Origin: Camelus ferus
Lineage: Eukaryota
NCBI RefSeq assembly: GCF_009834535.1
Contig: NC_045696.1
Location: forward strand, 90,832,001-90,896,000
Reading direction: 5' to 3'
Length of the DNA stretch: 64,000 nucleotides
This document shows, in pieces, positions 1-13,299 of this stretch. The number at the start of each line of letters is the position of its first letter. Within the stretch, counting starts at the first letter, position 1. A program made the position numbers and the translations under genes. The notes below the pieces were generated by a model. It was not told the origin of the DNA, ran no database searches, and saw nothing but the letters and a program-made list of their open reading frames with translations.

Positions 1-1245
1 GATGGCTTCACTAGAGAATTCTCCCAAATATTTAAGTAAGAATTAATGCCAAGCTCTCACAAACTGTTCCAAAGAATTGAAGAGGGGAGAACACTTTCAA
101 ACTCATGTTATAAGCCAGCATTATTACCCTGATACCAAAACCATATAAAGATATCACCAAAAAAGTAGATAAATGGGACTACACAAACCTTAAAACTTCT
201 GTATAGAAAATAATAAACAGTTAAAAGACAATCTACCAAATAAGAAGAAAATATTTGCAAACCACACCTCAAATGAGGGGTCAATACACAGAATATATTT
301 TGTTTTTAAAAATCCCTACAACTCACAAACAGAAAAACAAATAACCAGTTTAAAAATTGGTCAAAAGACTCAAAAAACATTTCTCTGAAGAAGATGCATA
401 AACAGCAAATAGGCATATGAAAAAATTCCAACATTACAAAGTCATCAGCAAAATGCAGATCAAAAACACAAGATACCATCTCATTATCTGTTAGGATGGC
501 CACTATCAAAAAAATTAACAAGTGTTGACAAGAATGTGGAGAAACTAGAACCCCAGTGCACTATTGGTAAGATTGTAAAATGGTTCAGCAGCTATGGAAA
601 AATAGTATGGAGGTACCTCAAAAATTTAAAAACAGAACTTCCACAGGTATTCAGCAATCTCACTTATGGATATATATCAAAAAAGAACTGAAACAGGGTA
701 CTGAAGAAATATGTACACACCCATCTTCATTGCAGCATTATTCACAATATCCAAGATGTAGAAACAATCTAAATGTCCATCAGCGGATGAACAGATAAAG
801 CAAATATGGTGTACGTACACATGTACACACACGTACACACTTACACACACACACACACACACACAGAGAGAGAGAGAAATATTTACTCCATCTTTAAAAA
901 AGATGGAAATCCTGTCCCATGTTATAACATACATAAAACTTGGGACATAGTGCAAAGTGAAATAAGGAAATAAAAAAAGACAAACACTGCATGATTCTAC
1001 TTCTATACCAGTTGTCTGAAGCAATCAAATTCATAGAAACAAAAGTATAATGGTGATTGCCAGGAGAGGGGAGTAGGGGGAAACTGGGAGTTGTTGTTTC
1101 AAGGGTATAGCGTTTCAATTAAGAAAGGTGACAAGAGTTCTAGAGATCTGTTGTACAACAATGTGCATATTGTTAGCAATACTAAAATGTACCCAAAAAA
1201 TCTGTTAAAAATTATAATTTTTGTGTGTTTTAATCACAATAAAAA
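1..1245 (+). mobile_element. Degenerate L1 (L1MA/MB-like) ORF2 end and 3' UTR, internally deleted, antisense to RSRC1
   Basis: Starts with GATGGCTTCACTAGAGAATTCT (ORF2 DGFT.EF motif), then typical L1 3' UTR (GAAATCCTGTC...AAGTGAAATAAG) ending in AATAAAAAA; contains a (CA)n(GA)n tract at 843-876. Confidence 0.85.
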
Positions 1246-1249
1246 ATCA

Positions 1250-2400
1250 TCTGAATGCACAATAGATACAAAAAAGCTAAAACTGTAATTGCAAATTAAA
1301 ACCATGAAATAGCACTACAAGCCCACCACTTTTGCTAAAATTAATAAAACTAATACACCAAGTGTCAGTGAATTTGTAAGTAATGGGAATGCACATACAT
1401 TTTTGGTGGGAATATAAAATGATACAGCCACGGAAAACCACTTGGAAAATATTTGTTTCTTCTAAAACTAAAAGACACACCTACACTATGACTAAGAAGT
1501 TCCACTACTAGATTTTCAGTTCAGAGAAATGAACACAGATATCCACAAAAAGATTTTTGAAAGAAATGTTTATAGTAGTTTATAATAGCCAAACCCAGAA
1601 ATATCCCAGGGAGGAGTCCATAAACAGGAAAACAGATAAACTGTGGTATATTCACTACTTAGCAATGAACAAGAACAAAGTAGTGATACATAAATCAAAG
1701 CATTATGCTTACTGTAAGAGGTTACTTGAAAAATATCACTACTATATGATTACATTTACATAAAATTCTATTAAAAAAGTGATATATCCATACAATAGAA
1801 TACTATTCAATAATAAAAAGGAATGAACTGTTGACATACACAACATGGATGAATCTCAAAAGTATCACGCTGAATAAAAATTTGTAATACTAATGAAAAC
1901 TAATCTATAGTTGAAAAAAATCAAAACAGTGGTTACCTCTGAGGTGAATGTATACAGGAATTAATTGGCAACAATTACAGGGGGACTTTCTGGGGTAATG
2001 GTAATATATTTGGCAGGTATATGCATACATCAAAACTCAGCCAGTGTATGCTCAGAATTTGTGCATTTCAATGCATATAAATTTTGCCTCAAAAGAAAAT
2101 TTCAAAGTTTTTGTTTTCAAAAGGAAAAATCTGTAAAGGAATACTGAACTCTACTCAATGATAAGTATGCTGAAGTATTTAAGGGGAAAGCCTATAATGT
2201 CTGCCACTGGAAATGCATCTAAAAATTAGGATAAATTAATGGACAGAGAGAGGAACAGATCAATGTATATATATGTGATGAAGTAATAAGTAAAATGTTA
2301 ATGGTAACATCTAGGTGGTAGACATATGGGTCTTTACTGTAAAATTCTTTCAATTTTGCTGTATCCTTGAAATTTTTCATAAAAATATTAGAAAATACCT
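1250..2400 (+). mobile_element. Old L1 (L1ME/MC-like) 3' fragments
   Basis: Degenerate L1 3' motifs such as GCAAATTAAAACCATGAAATAGCACTAC and ACAACATGGATGAATCTCAAAA. Confidence 0.65.
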
Positions 2401-3660
2401 ATGAGATATATCTGAAGCGGTAATTAGAAGAAAATTCATATGCTTAAATATTTTTATCAATAGAAATGAAGCACAAATCTAAATAAATTCCCAGCCCAAA
2501 GACTTGAAAAGGAATAACAAAGTAAACCAAAGGAAGCACAAAGCAGAAAATAAGAATAAAAGTAGAAATTAATAAGGTAGAAAATGGAGGAAAAGATTTA
2601 AATAATAAATCAAAATGATTTCTTTTAAATTAAAATAGACAATTCACTTGTCAATGTAATCGAATAAAGGAGAATGCATAAATACACAAAATAATAGATG
2701 ACAAGAGAAAAATATGCATTGAAACGGAAGAAAAAATTTCAAGTCATAAAAAATTACTTTGCAGACTTCCAGGCAAATAAATTTCAAAATGCAGTTGAAA
2801 TAGATAATATACTAGAAAAATACAGTTTACCAATATTAAACTTATAAGAAATATAAACTTTATACTGACTGTATTTCTGTCAAATAAATAAAGTTACCAA
2901 TGTACCACTCAACAAAAAAGCACCAGGCCCAGATGTTTTCACAAATCTACCAAAACTTTGAATACCAGATAGTCCCAATGCTCCACAAATAGTTCCCCAG
3001 CATTAAAAATGAAGAAAAACCCTCCCAATTCTTTTTATAAAGTAAGAATAATACCTTGATAAACACTGTGCCAAAAAAAAAAAAAGACCATCATCACGTA
3101 TGACTATAAATGTGAAAGTACTAAACTTAAAAATTAGTGAACACAATCCCACAGCACCTTAAGAAAATACTACACCAGGACCAAATGAGATTTATTCCAG
3201 AAATGCAAGGTTAGTTCCTTAATAGCTCTAAGGGGGAAAAAATTGATTATATCCACAGATGATTTAAAAAAAAGCCTTCAATAAAATTCAATATCCATTC
3301 TTGGAAAAAAACAGTGATTTTTTTTAAAATCTTTTTTAAAAAATTTTTTTAAATCTCTATTTAAAAACTAGAGATATTCTCACCCCAGAACCAGTATATT
3401 TTTTAAGGGGAAACACAAGGGGCACTTACATTAAAATCAAGAAAAAGACAAAGATATATTTCATCTCCACTGGTATTCAATATTTTAGTGGAGGTAAAAG
3501 GCAATGCAACTAGATGAGAGAAAGCAAACAGAAGTAGAAAAATTGGAAAAAAAAGTAAAATTATTTCTATTTACAGACAATATAATAGTGTATCTGACAA
3601 ACTCTAAAGAATCAATACTGAAACTAACTCAAGCAATAAAAGTAGGGCATAAAATTAATA
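2400..3660 (+). mobile_element. Old L1 ORF2 fragment, heavily degenerate
   Basis: AAAAGCACCAGGCCCAGATG (KAPGPD), GACCAAATGAGATTTATTCCAGAAATGCAAGG (DQ..FIPEMQG) and AAAGCCTTCAATAAAATTCAATATCCATTC motifs; A-rich. Confidence 0.75.
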
Positions 3661-4276
3661 TAATCCCAAAATAATACACAGATTCAATACAATCCCTATC
3701 AAAAGTCCACGGTATTTTCACAGAAATAGAACAAATAATCCTAAAATTTGTATGGAATTGCCAAAGACCTCAAATGACCATAACAATCTTGAGAAAGAAG
3801 AACAAAGTTGGGAGAATCATGCTTCCTAATTTCAATCTATATCACAAAGCTATAATCATCAGAACAGTATAGTTTGGGCATTAAAACAGACACATAAAGC
3901 AATGGAAAAGAACTGACAGCTCAGAAATAAACACATTTGTACATCATCAATTAATTTACAACAGAGGAGCCAAGAATATATAATGAGGAAAGAATATTCT
4001 CTTCAATAAATGGTGTTGAGAAAACTGGATAGCCATATGTGAAAGAATGAAACTGGACCATTATCTTACACCATACACAAAAATCAACTCAAAATGAATT
4101 AAAGACTTAAACATAAGACCTGAAACCACAACTCCTAGAAGAAGACATAGAGGAAAACCTTCAAATGAAAAAACTTCTGCACAGCAAAAGAAACAATCAA
4201 TCAAATGGAAATACAGTGTACTCAATGGGAGAAAATATTTGCAAATCATGTATCTAATAAGTTAATATCCAAAATA

Positions 4277-4496
4277 CAGTTGACCCTTGAAGAACTCAGG
4301 GGTTGGGGTGTCAACTCCCCCTGCCCCCCCAGTCAAAAATCCACATATAACTTTCAGCCTTCCATATCCCCAAATCTGCATCCATGGATACAACCAAACT
4401 TGGATAGTGTAGTACTGTAATATTTACGTAATGGAAAAAATCCACATATAAGTGGACCCTTGCAGTTCAAATACCAAGTCATTCAAGGGTCAACTG
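4277..4496. mobile_element. Tigger2-family non-autonomous DNA transposon (TcMar MITE) inserted in L1
   Basis: Perfect 15-bp TIRs CAGTTGACCCTTGAA...TTCAAGGGTCAACTG flanked by TA duplication; host L1 is contiguous across it. Confidence 0.9.
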
Positions 4497-5622
4497 TATA
4501 TAAGAAACTTATACAACTCAATAGCAAAAAACCAAATAATCCAATTTAAAAAATGGACAGAGGATCTGGACAGACATTTTTCCAAAGAAGACATACAATG
4601 CAATTCCTATCAAAATACCCACAACATTTTTTACAAAACTAGAACAAATAATTCTAAAATTTGTATGGAAGCACAAAAGACCTCGAATAGCCAAAACAAT
4701 TTTGAGAAAGAAGAATAAAGCTTGAAGTATTATGCTCCCTGATTTTAAACTGTACTACACTGCGACTATCATCAAAACAGTATGGTACTGGCATAAAAAC
4801 AGACACACAAATCAATGGAACAGAATAGAAACCCCAGAAATGAACCCACAGTTATATGGGCAATTAATTCACAACAAAAAAGGTAAGAATATACAATAGG
4901 GAAAAGACAATCTCTTCAACAAATGGTGCTGGGGAAACTGGACAACCACAATGCAAAAGAATCCAAATGGACTACTTTTCCACACCATATACAAAAATGA
5001 AGTCAAAATAAATCAAAGACTTCAATGTAAGATTTGAAATCATAAAAATTCTAGAAGAAAAAGGCAGTAAGGGCTTTGACAACGGTTTTAGCAATATTTT
5101 TTTGGACATGTCTCCTTAGGCAAGGGAAACAAAAGCAAAGTAAACAAATGGAACTGCATCAAACCAAAAAGCTTTGGCAAGGTGAATGAAACTACCAACA
5201 AAACAAAAAGACAGCCTACTGAATGGCAAAGATATTTGCAAATGATATATCTGATAATGGGTTAATACCCAAAATATACAATGAACTCATACAACTCAAC
5301 ATCAAAAAAAACCAAACTGGATTACAAAATCCAATTTTTCCCAGGCAGAGGACCGGAATAGACATTTTTCCAAAGAAGACACACAGATGACCCAAAGAGA
5401 CATGAAAAGATGCTCAACATCTCTAATCATCAAGAAAATGAAAATAAAAATCCCAATGAGAAATCACTTCACACCTATGAGAATGGCTATTAACAAAAAG
5501 ACAAGAAATTAAGGATAAGGAGAAAAAGGAACTGTTGTCCACTGCTGGTGAGAATGTAAATTGGTAAAGGCACTATGGAAAATAGTACAGAAGTTCTCCC
5601 AAAAAATTAAAAATAGAAATAC

Positions 5623-5752
5623 TAAACCTATAATGAAAAAGAATATGAAAACAAACATATGTATATGCATGACTGAAACATTAAGCTGTACACTAGAAAC
5701 TGACACGTTGTGACATCAATCAATCAAACAAACATATTGTACTAAAAAAAAA
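5623..5752 (+). mobile_element. Short 5'-truncated young L1 3' end nested in an older L1
   Basis: GCATGACTGAAACATTAAGCTGTACACTAGAAACTGACAC plus A tail; imperfect TSD AAATAGAAATAC / AAAGGAAATAC. Confidence 0.7.
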
Positions 5753-5854
5753 GAAAGGAAATACCGTATAATCCAACCAATTCCATTCCACTTTTGGGTA
5801 TTTTTCCAAGAAAACAAAAATACTAATTCAGAAAGATATATGCACCCCTGTGCT

Positions 5855-5958
5855 CATTGCAGCATTATTTACAGTAGCCAAATATAGAAGCAATCTAAGT
5901 GTCCATCATTGCAGCATTATTTACAATAGCCAAATAAGGAAGCAATCTAAGTGTCCAT
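5855..5958. repeat. 52-bp tandem duplication inside L1
   Basis: 5855-5906 and 5907-5958 differ at 3 positions. Confidence 0.9.
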
Positions 5959-7758
5959 CGACAGATGAATGAATAAAGCTATGTGTATACACACAAACCC
6001 ACAATGGACTATTACTCAGCCTAAAAAAAGGACAAAATCTTGCCATCTGTGACAACCTGGATGGACCTAAAGCACATTACACTAAGTGAAATAAGTCAGA
6101 CAGAAAAAGACAAATACCATATGATTTCACTTACATGTGGATCTAAAAAACAAAGCAAATGAACAGACATAACAAAACAGAAACACTTTCAGATACAACC
6201 AACCCTCTGATGGTTGCTACAGGGGAGCGGGTTGGGAGGGTGATGAGTGAAATTCGTAAGGGAGATTAAGAGAAATAAACTTCCAGTTACAAAATAAGTA
6301 AGTCAAGGGAATATAACATACAGCATAAGGAATATAGTCAATAATATTGTGATAACTTTAAATGGTGACAGATGGTAACTAGACTCACTGTGGTGATTAT
6401 TTCGTAACATGAAAATATCAAATCACTGTATTTTACATTTGAAAATAATATAATATTGTGAGTCAATAATGCTTCAATTAAGAACAAAACTAATCATAAT
6501 TAGTAAAAAATAAATTTCAATTAAAAATAAAATAAAAATTTTAAATGTCATTCTATTGGTGAGACTGTAAGGAAACAGAACTCTCTTACATTACTGAGAG
6601 GAATTCGGCAACTTCTAACAAAAGTATAAATTTATTCACCTTTTGGCCCAGCAATCGCACTTCTAGGAGTTTCCCTTGAAGATATACCTCCAAACATACA
6701 AAAATACTCATGTACAAGGTTATTCATGATAGCATCTTAGTAACTATAAAATATTGGTGATATCCTTAATGTTCACACCAAGGTAAGTAGCTAAACAAAT
6801 TATGATATATACACACAATGTAGTATAACAAGCAGCTATTTAAAAAAATGAGTAAGATTACTATTAATTGATACAGTGATTTCCAAGATACATTAGCAAA
6901 CAGAAAAAGCGAAGTGTAAAAGAGTATCTATAGTATGCCATAGATATAACCACTACTTTGTTTAAAAAGAAACAGGAAAGCTAAAGCACAAACTAACAGG
7001 ATTAGTTACCCAGGGAGGTGATTTGGAACAGGAGAGTAGGAAGAAAAGGGCATGATATTTCTCTATGTACACCTTTTAGTACAGTCCTACCTTTGGAATC
7101 ATATTAATGTTTCATATACTAAAATAAAGGCAAAGGGACCAATAAGTAAATACAATTTTAAAAACTTAGGGGAATAAAAAACCTAAAATAAAATATAAAC
7201 AGAAACAAATAAACCTAACTCTTTGGAGAAACTAACCATAATGAAGTGGAGGGGAGAACCAAATACCCTAGAGTAAAGATAAAAAGAACCATAAAAAATA
7301 TCAAGCTCTATAAGTTTGTTTTCCACAGTGGTACCTATCAGCAACTCTAAAACTACTTTCTGTATATTCTAGAATTGAGGAAATTACAAGAAAATATATT
7401 GTGAGTAATAGTAGGTTTCTCATCGTTGCAACATGAAATGATACAATATATGTCACAACTTGAGTACTTCATGAAGAACATAATAAAAATTATACTAAAA
7501 AGCATATCATCTAATTACTCTATAACTTATCCATGGAAATGTGCAACAAACTTCACATATTTGATCTTGCTCCTCCTGCCGTCCCCCAAAACATGCTTCA
7601 TCTTTCAATTATTTTTTAGACACATAACAACAAAGTTGTCTGGAAGTTTTTGTCTTTCCATGACCAAATTCACTCTTTTCTATTAAGAAGCACAGAGATC
7701 ATTAACAACATACCTTTAGATTTAGAATCACATTGGACTTTTTTTCTTTAATTCACTA

Positions 7759-7974
7759 TAGTTGACCTTGAGCCACATGGGTTTGAACTGCAAGGGTCCA
7801 CTTTTAAGCAGATTTTTTTCAATCAGTACAGTACTACAAAGATCTGAAGTTGCTTAAGTACATGGATATGGAAACATGGATACAGAAGACCAACTATGGG
7901 ATCTGAGCATCCTCAGATTTTGGTTTCTGCAGCAGGTCCTGGAACCAAACCCCTGCAGATCCTGGAACAAATGT
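7759..7974. mobile_element. Tigger2/MER28-like DNA transposon relic
   Basis: TAGTTGACCTTGAGCCACATGGGTTTGAACTGCAAGGGTCCAC start and GGTCCTGGAACCAAACCCCTGCAGAT near the end. Confidence 0.7.
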
Positions 7975-8360
7975 ACTTACATCTTCTCTGTTTAAATTAA
8001 AGTGTTGATTAACTAAACTGTTCAAGGAGTGAGTTGTTCAACTTTCTTGAAAACAAGATTAACCTAGGAACTCATTTAGTTTAAGTATTTTGAAGAATAA
8101 ATCCCTAGAATACATTTTCCAAAATAATATCATGTATAGAACATGAATGAAGTATTTTCTCAAAATTTAGGACTTCTTAGTGCCTCTGGATTATTTAGTT
8201 ATTGCAGTTAAATGCAGAAGTAATTGTCAATGCAAGAGGCTGAGAAGTTGCTATTTTGAGTAAACTTCTGAAGTCGTTTCCTTATGTATAAAATGAAGGT
8301 ATCACCCTGCATGACAGCCTAAAAGAGTTACAAAACTCAAAACATTTAGTAAAATGCATA

Positions 8361-8743
8361 TGTGCTGGATAGTTTGTTGCTGACTAGACATCACTGCCAT
8401 TCCTTTTAAGGTTTCCCTTCATTGCAAAAGAGAAGAAATTTATGTTTCCAGATTCCCTTCTGGCGGCAGTTGTAAGTAAATACTTGGGTAGAGAAGCAGT
8501 TCCCAGGTAAGCAGTTTATTGAGAACCATCCACTTTGGTGCTACAAACCGAGTTTTTAAGATTTCCAGTGACTTCTGAGAAAACAACCAGCTTCCGTGCT
8601 TCAGGCTAAAATAATCAGTAACAGCGTCCCTAATTCTCTGAGCCCTTCCAAAGGTTATATAAGCTTTTAACTCCCCACGTTAAAACTTCGATACTTGGAA
8701 TTGAGTGATCTGTATCTTCCTAATCAAACTGTGACAGACTGAT
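8361..8743 (+). mobile_element. Possible old ERVL-type LTR (LTR33/LTR16-like) interrupting a MIR
   Basis: TG start, TTTCCAGATTCCCT motif, end ...GACAGACTGATA; MIR-like sequence on both sides. Confidence 0.4.
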
Positions 8744-9776
8744 AAAGTGTATGTGAAAATACTCTACAAACAGAAAAATCAAGACCATGCAAAGGATGGA
8801 TTATTATTTCTGTTCCCAATGACAGAAAATTTCAGTTGAAGTTGTTTTCTGGTAATCAGCCTCTTTTTAGACAGATCAATACGTCCATAAAAAAGCTTTC
8901 CTTCTACAAATCAATAAAATAATAAAATTTTTCCTTGCTACAAAAATCAGTTCTTTAGCTAATTTCATTTCCCCAATTAATCAATCAAGGCATGTTTACC
9001 AAGCAAGGCATTGTGTTAAGTACTAAGAGATTCTCCTGCAAGAGTTCACAATATATGAAAATAACAAAAATATTTGTAATATAACTGTTACATATCAGGA
9101 ACCAAATGTGACGATAGGTCACAGAAAGTATGGGTTAAATTTGACTTGGGAATAAAAAGATAAAAATCAAAAAAGGATTTAAGGAAGAAGAGAATTAGAG
9201 ATTAAACAGAACTGAACACCAAAAGGTAGGAAGACTTAGAGTAGAGATAATGTAAGAAACTGGAATAGCATGCTTAAAGAAACAAAGCTAGCAACTCACG
9301 GACATGTATAGAGAACAAAGGCATGGAACAAAGAGTGGCCTGCTTCTATGTGGAGTGTATACAAAGGAGAGGAGGCTGAGGCCAAATAACACAAGGCCAG
9401 AAAAGCTAAACATCTGGACTTTACTGCTATCATCCAACTTCAGATTCACAGAGACATTTATAGAATTTTAGGCCTAGATAATAAAATCAGGCTGTTAATA
9501 TACCCCCACAACTAGAGCCTAATAGTAGTAAGAACTGAGCAGAGGAAAGAAACTGATCTTTCTAAAAAGCTGTTTTTATCCTAACATTCTTCTGCTCAAA
9601 AACCGTCAATAACTTCCAAATACCTCTTTTTATCAAGTCAACTCCACACCATGGTCCCCATCCTATTCAACCATATTTTCTAGCATTAGCCAAAATGTAC
9701 AACTCTTTCCAGACAGGCTTTGCTCTGTATTATTGGCCCTTGAGCACAGCCAGAAAATGCAGGTAAAGTAACATCA

Positions 9777-10153
9777 TGTATTCATCTGCTCAGGCTGCAA
9801 TAACAAAACCACAGACTGGCCAGCTTAAATAACAGAAATATATTTCTCACAAAGGCTGTAAGTCTAAGATCAAGATGCCAGATAATCTGGTTCATGATAA
9901 GGGTTCTATTCCTGCTTTGTAGAGTTACCTTTTCACTGTGTCCTCACTTGGCCTTTCCTCTGAGTGCGCAGCTCAAAGAGAAATACCTCTCTTCCTCTTC
10001 TTATAAGGCCACCAGTCCTACTGGATTAGGGCCCCACCATTATGACCGCATTTAATCTTTATTACCTCATAAAGACCCTATCTCCAAATACATTTATACT
10101 GGGTGTTGGGGTTTCAACATACAAATTTAGGGGGGACAGATTCACTCCACAAC
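9777..10153 (-). mobile_element. MaLR LTR (MLT1A-like)
   Basis: TGTATTCATCTGCTCAGGCTGCAATAACAAAACCACAGACTGG...GGATTAGGGCCCCACC...GGGGGACAGATTCACTCCACAACA. Confidence 0.8.
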
Positions 10154-10199
10154 ACACTGGGTTATTACTGAGGTTAGATCTTAAGAGATTTTTGCAGTT

Positions 10200-10527
10200 T
10201 CTATTCTTATCTTCTTGAAATACTTTGTTTCTCATGTGAAAAAGCCCAGCCATTCCTACCAGAGGAAGAGAAGCCACAGGAAAACTAAGGTCCCCCAGCC
10301 AACAGCCCACACTAAATACCAGATACATGAATGAGGCCACAATGGACCATCCAGTTCCAGTCAAGCTATCAGATAACTAAAACCACATGAGTGACCCCAG
10401 GTAAGACTAGCAGAAGAACTGCCAGCTGAGCTCAATCAAAATTGTAAAATAGTGAAAAAACAAATGATTATTGCTTTAAGTCACTAAATTTGGGGACAGT
10501 TTGTTACAAAGCAACAAATATCTGATA
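10200..10527 (+). mobile_element. Older MaLR LTR (MLT1H/I/J-like) ending next to the RSRC1 exon 3 donor
   Basis: CAGCCAACAGCC...CCAGATACATGAATGAGGCC and terminal TTGCTTTAAGTCACTAAATTTGGGGACAGTTTGTTACAAAGCAACAAATATCTGATA. Confidence 0.7.
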
Positions 10528-10535
10528 TGGCATAC

Positions 10536-10661
10536 CTTCTTGTTCTGCTTTTTGACCTAGACCTCTGAACTCTATAGGATTTCCCTCGACCTCTCGAACG
10601 ACTTCGACTTCGTTTTCTTCTAGAGCCATAAGAAGAACTACTGCTTGAACGGTGCCTGCGT
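10536..10661 (-). CDS. RSRC1: RSRC1 coding exon 3 (126 nt, RS domain); gene continues beyond the left edge
   Basis: tttcag|ACGCAGG acceptor and AGAAG|gtatg donor; encodes [41 protein letters not shown] in phase with exon 2. Confidence 0.95.
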
Positions 10662-11060
10662 CTGAAATAAAATATAATCAAGTATCATTACTATAAAACA
10701 TCTGTATGGGCATTAAGGAGAAATTATCCAGATTCTAAAGAATCATCTCATTTTTACTATGTCTGACTCCTTAGAAGCAAACAGATAAAATGTTACTCCT
10801 CTTGAACAGTCAGAAGACTGATTCATAATTTAGAGATTGGATTAGCTACTAATTAAGACATTAGGGGTCTTAAGTAGTATACAATCCTTCCAAATATTAT
10901 TAGATAATATGGTATGAGAACTATACCAGTTTATACCTACTTGTTTACAAAGAACAGACAAAAGATTAAGATGTACAGGCTGGTCCTAGGGGCGAAAAAA
11001 AATCTTTTGGTTGGGACCTAACCCTCATAAACATATAACTACTAAAAGAAAAGTGTTTTA

Positions 11061-11281
11061 TTTATTCTACAATTTTGAAATAGATAAACAAGATTATATT
11101 GTATAGCACAGGGAAATATACACAAGATCTTATGGTAGCTCACAGAGAAAAAAATGTGACAATGAATATATATATGTTCATGTATAACTGAAAAATTGTG
11201 CTCTACACTGGAATTTGACACAACATTATAAAATGATTATAAATCAATAAAAAATGTTAAAATAAAGAAAGAAAGAAAGAA
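11061..11281 (+). mobile_element. Young 5'-truncated L1 3' end (camelid L1_Vpa-like) with 17-bp TSD and 5' micro-inversion
   Basis: TSD AAAAGAAAAGTGTTTTA at 11044-11060 and 11282-11298; body closely matches 54505-54690; (AAAG)n tail. Confidence 0.92.
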
Positions 11282-11405
11282 AAAAGAAAAGTGTTTTACC
11301 CAGAAGAAATTAAAAGTACAAAAACATTTTTTAAGAAGTACAAAAACATATGAACTCTAAAGAATATTACTCTCATTACCATATAAGTAAAATTATGCAA
11401 ATCAC

Positions 11406-11599
11406 CTTCTGTCATAAGAATGTGAGCGAGACTGAAGATCTCTGGACCAAGATCTTGACTTTGACCTTGATTTTCTTCCACCTTTCTTTCGGCTATATGT
11501 CCTACTATCTGAAGAACTACTTGAAGAAGACCGTCTACGGTGTTTCTTTTTTCTCTTGCTTCTGCTTTCTTCTTCAGTATCTGAGGACCGGCGTCCCAT
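11406..11599 (-). CDS. RSRC1: RSRC1 (arginine/serine-rich coiled-coil protein 1, SRrp53) first coding exon (exon 2 = 11406-11601)
   Basis: tttag|AAATGGGA start; [41 protein letters not shown] matches the RSRC1 N-terminus; AGAAG|gtgat donor; synteny with SHOX2. Confidence 0.96.
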
Positions 11600-13299
11600 T
11601 TCTAAAGGTTTAAATTCAAAGAAAATTATTCTGACATAATGGAACAGTGGATGAAACTTAATATAGTATTTTTTTTACTCTATAAAAATTTAAGATGTTT
11701 TATTTAAAGCAAAATGACAACATATGAGAAACAGCTCTAGTACGTTCTTCTAGTATTATTAATTAACTGTTTTTATAATTTATGAATAATGTAAACTTGT
11801 CCTAAATTTTTTCAAATGTCTCTTAAAAGAGTCAATCCTGAGGACAGTTCATTATAACAATTTTCTTATCATTTAAATTGCACTTATTGTTAATTATATG
11901 ACATTTGGTTTAGGGATCTACTACCTAATTCTATATTCCCACATTCCCAAAGATAAAAGATATTTTACTATCTTTTAGTTACATTTTTCTAACTGAAAAT
12001 TCTAAAATTTTAAATGGATAAGACCTCATTAATCATCACCAAAGTACAAACTGAAACAATTAACTATAATCACTTCACTTGTGAAATTTGGGGAAGGAAA
12101 TGTTGACTAAAGTACCAAAGCTGATGATGTACTATAAACTAAGTACTAAAGTAGAAGTCATCTCTTCACACTGCTAGTACCTATATAAAGTGGTGATATA
12201 ATGCTTTCAAAATGCAACTAAGCAAGTTAAATAAAGAGTTACAAAAATGTTGATGCTTTTTTAACAAAGCAATCTCATTTCTAGGAATATAGCTGAAAAG
12301 TTTTTCTTGAAAGATATTCATTATAGCATTATTTAAACCTGTATGTACAGAGATTACAATTTAAGAAAATATGTATACTTGAGTAAGAGCAAAAATGAAA
12401 ACAACTGGTAATATTTAAGTGGTGAAACTGGGTAATTTTTTTCTTTTTAACTGTGTTCTATATGGCTATGATTATATTTGTATATTTAGTATACAAAAGG
12501 AAAAAACATACAGAAATAGACCGTCGGTTTTTATAATTAGGTATTAGCTTAGCTAAGAAGCCTATTTGTCTTAAAGTTAAAAGGAAGATTCATCTTATGT
12601 AATGGTTAAGATAGTTAATGATCAGATAAACAAAACTCTCACATTTTCCTTTAATATTTATTCAAAATAAGCTAAATAGCCCTACCATTAAGAAAGCAGT
12701 ATGTTAAACTACAGCTTTGTTTTCAGAATCAGGTGAGCCATATCTTCCCTGAATCCAATGCAATCCTAATTGAAAACCACTGTCAGGACTTAATTCAAAA
12801 CTTAAAGCTATTTATCTAGAGCCAGAATTAGACTTTAAGTATAGTCTGAATCTCCAAGCTGTTCAGATTTCTAACATTTTGTAGTTCAACAGAACATTGG
12901 GAAGACTTGGTCTTGAATCATTAAATCACTAACATACCTAAGGCAGTTTCCTCACTGAAAATGAAACTGCACTGCGTATAAGATCACTATGATCTTTTCC
13001 AACTTCAAAATACTATGATTATGAAATCCCACATATGCATAGTATACATGTATATATATTTAAATATGTGTATGTAATATCCATTTACATATTTATATTA
13101 TATATAATATATAACCACATATCTCTGTGTATGTGTGTGTTTTCATTAAGGAATCTGTACATAATTGGGTAACAATGATCATCTAAGTTTTCTTATTTCC
13201 TGTCTTTTTCTTACTTTCTTGTTTTCACCTTTAAACAGTTAAGAATTTTCTTTACCCAAAAATAACCACTTGATTAAGGTGAGTTTTTATTATGTTCTT

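Larger units (their letters stand above)
3661..6540 (+). mobile_element. Composite of younger L1 ORF2 C-terminal and 3' UTR segments with nested insertions
   Basis: NAIPIK-type motif at about 3685 and again at about 4597; LFNKWCW motif at 4000 and 4912; 3' UTR and A-rich tail to about 6540. Confidence 0.85.

Noticed and set aside
5855..5958. Direct repeats as a CRISPR-like array
   Set aside because: Two adjacent copies with no spacer, inside a mammalian L1
1..10535. Further RSRC1 coding exons
   Set aside because: None recognised; the region is repeat-filled intron 3 and exon 4 lies outside the window
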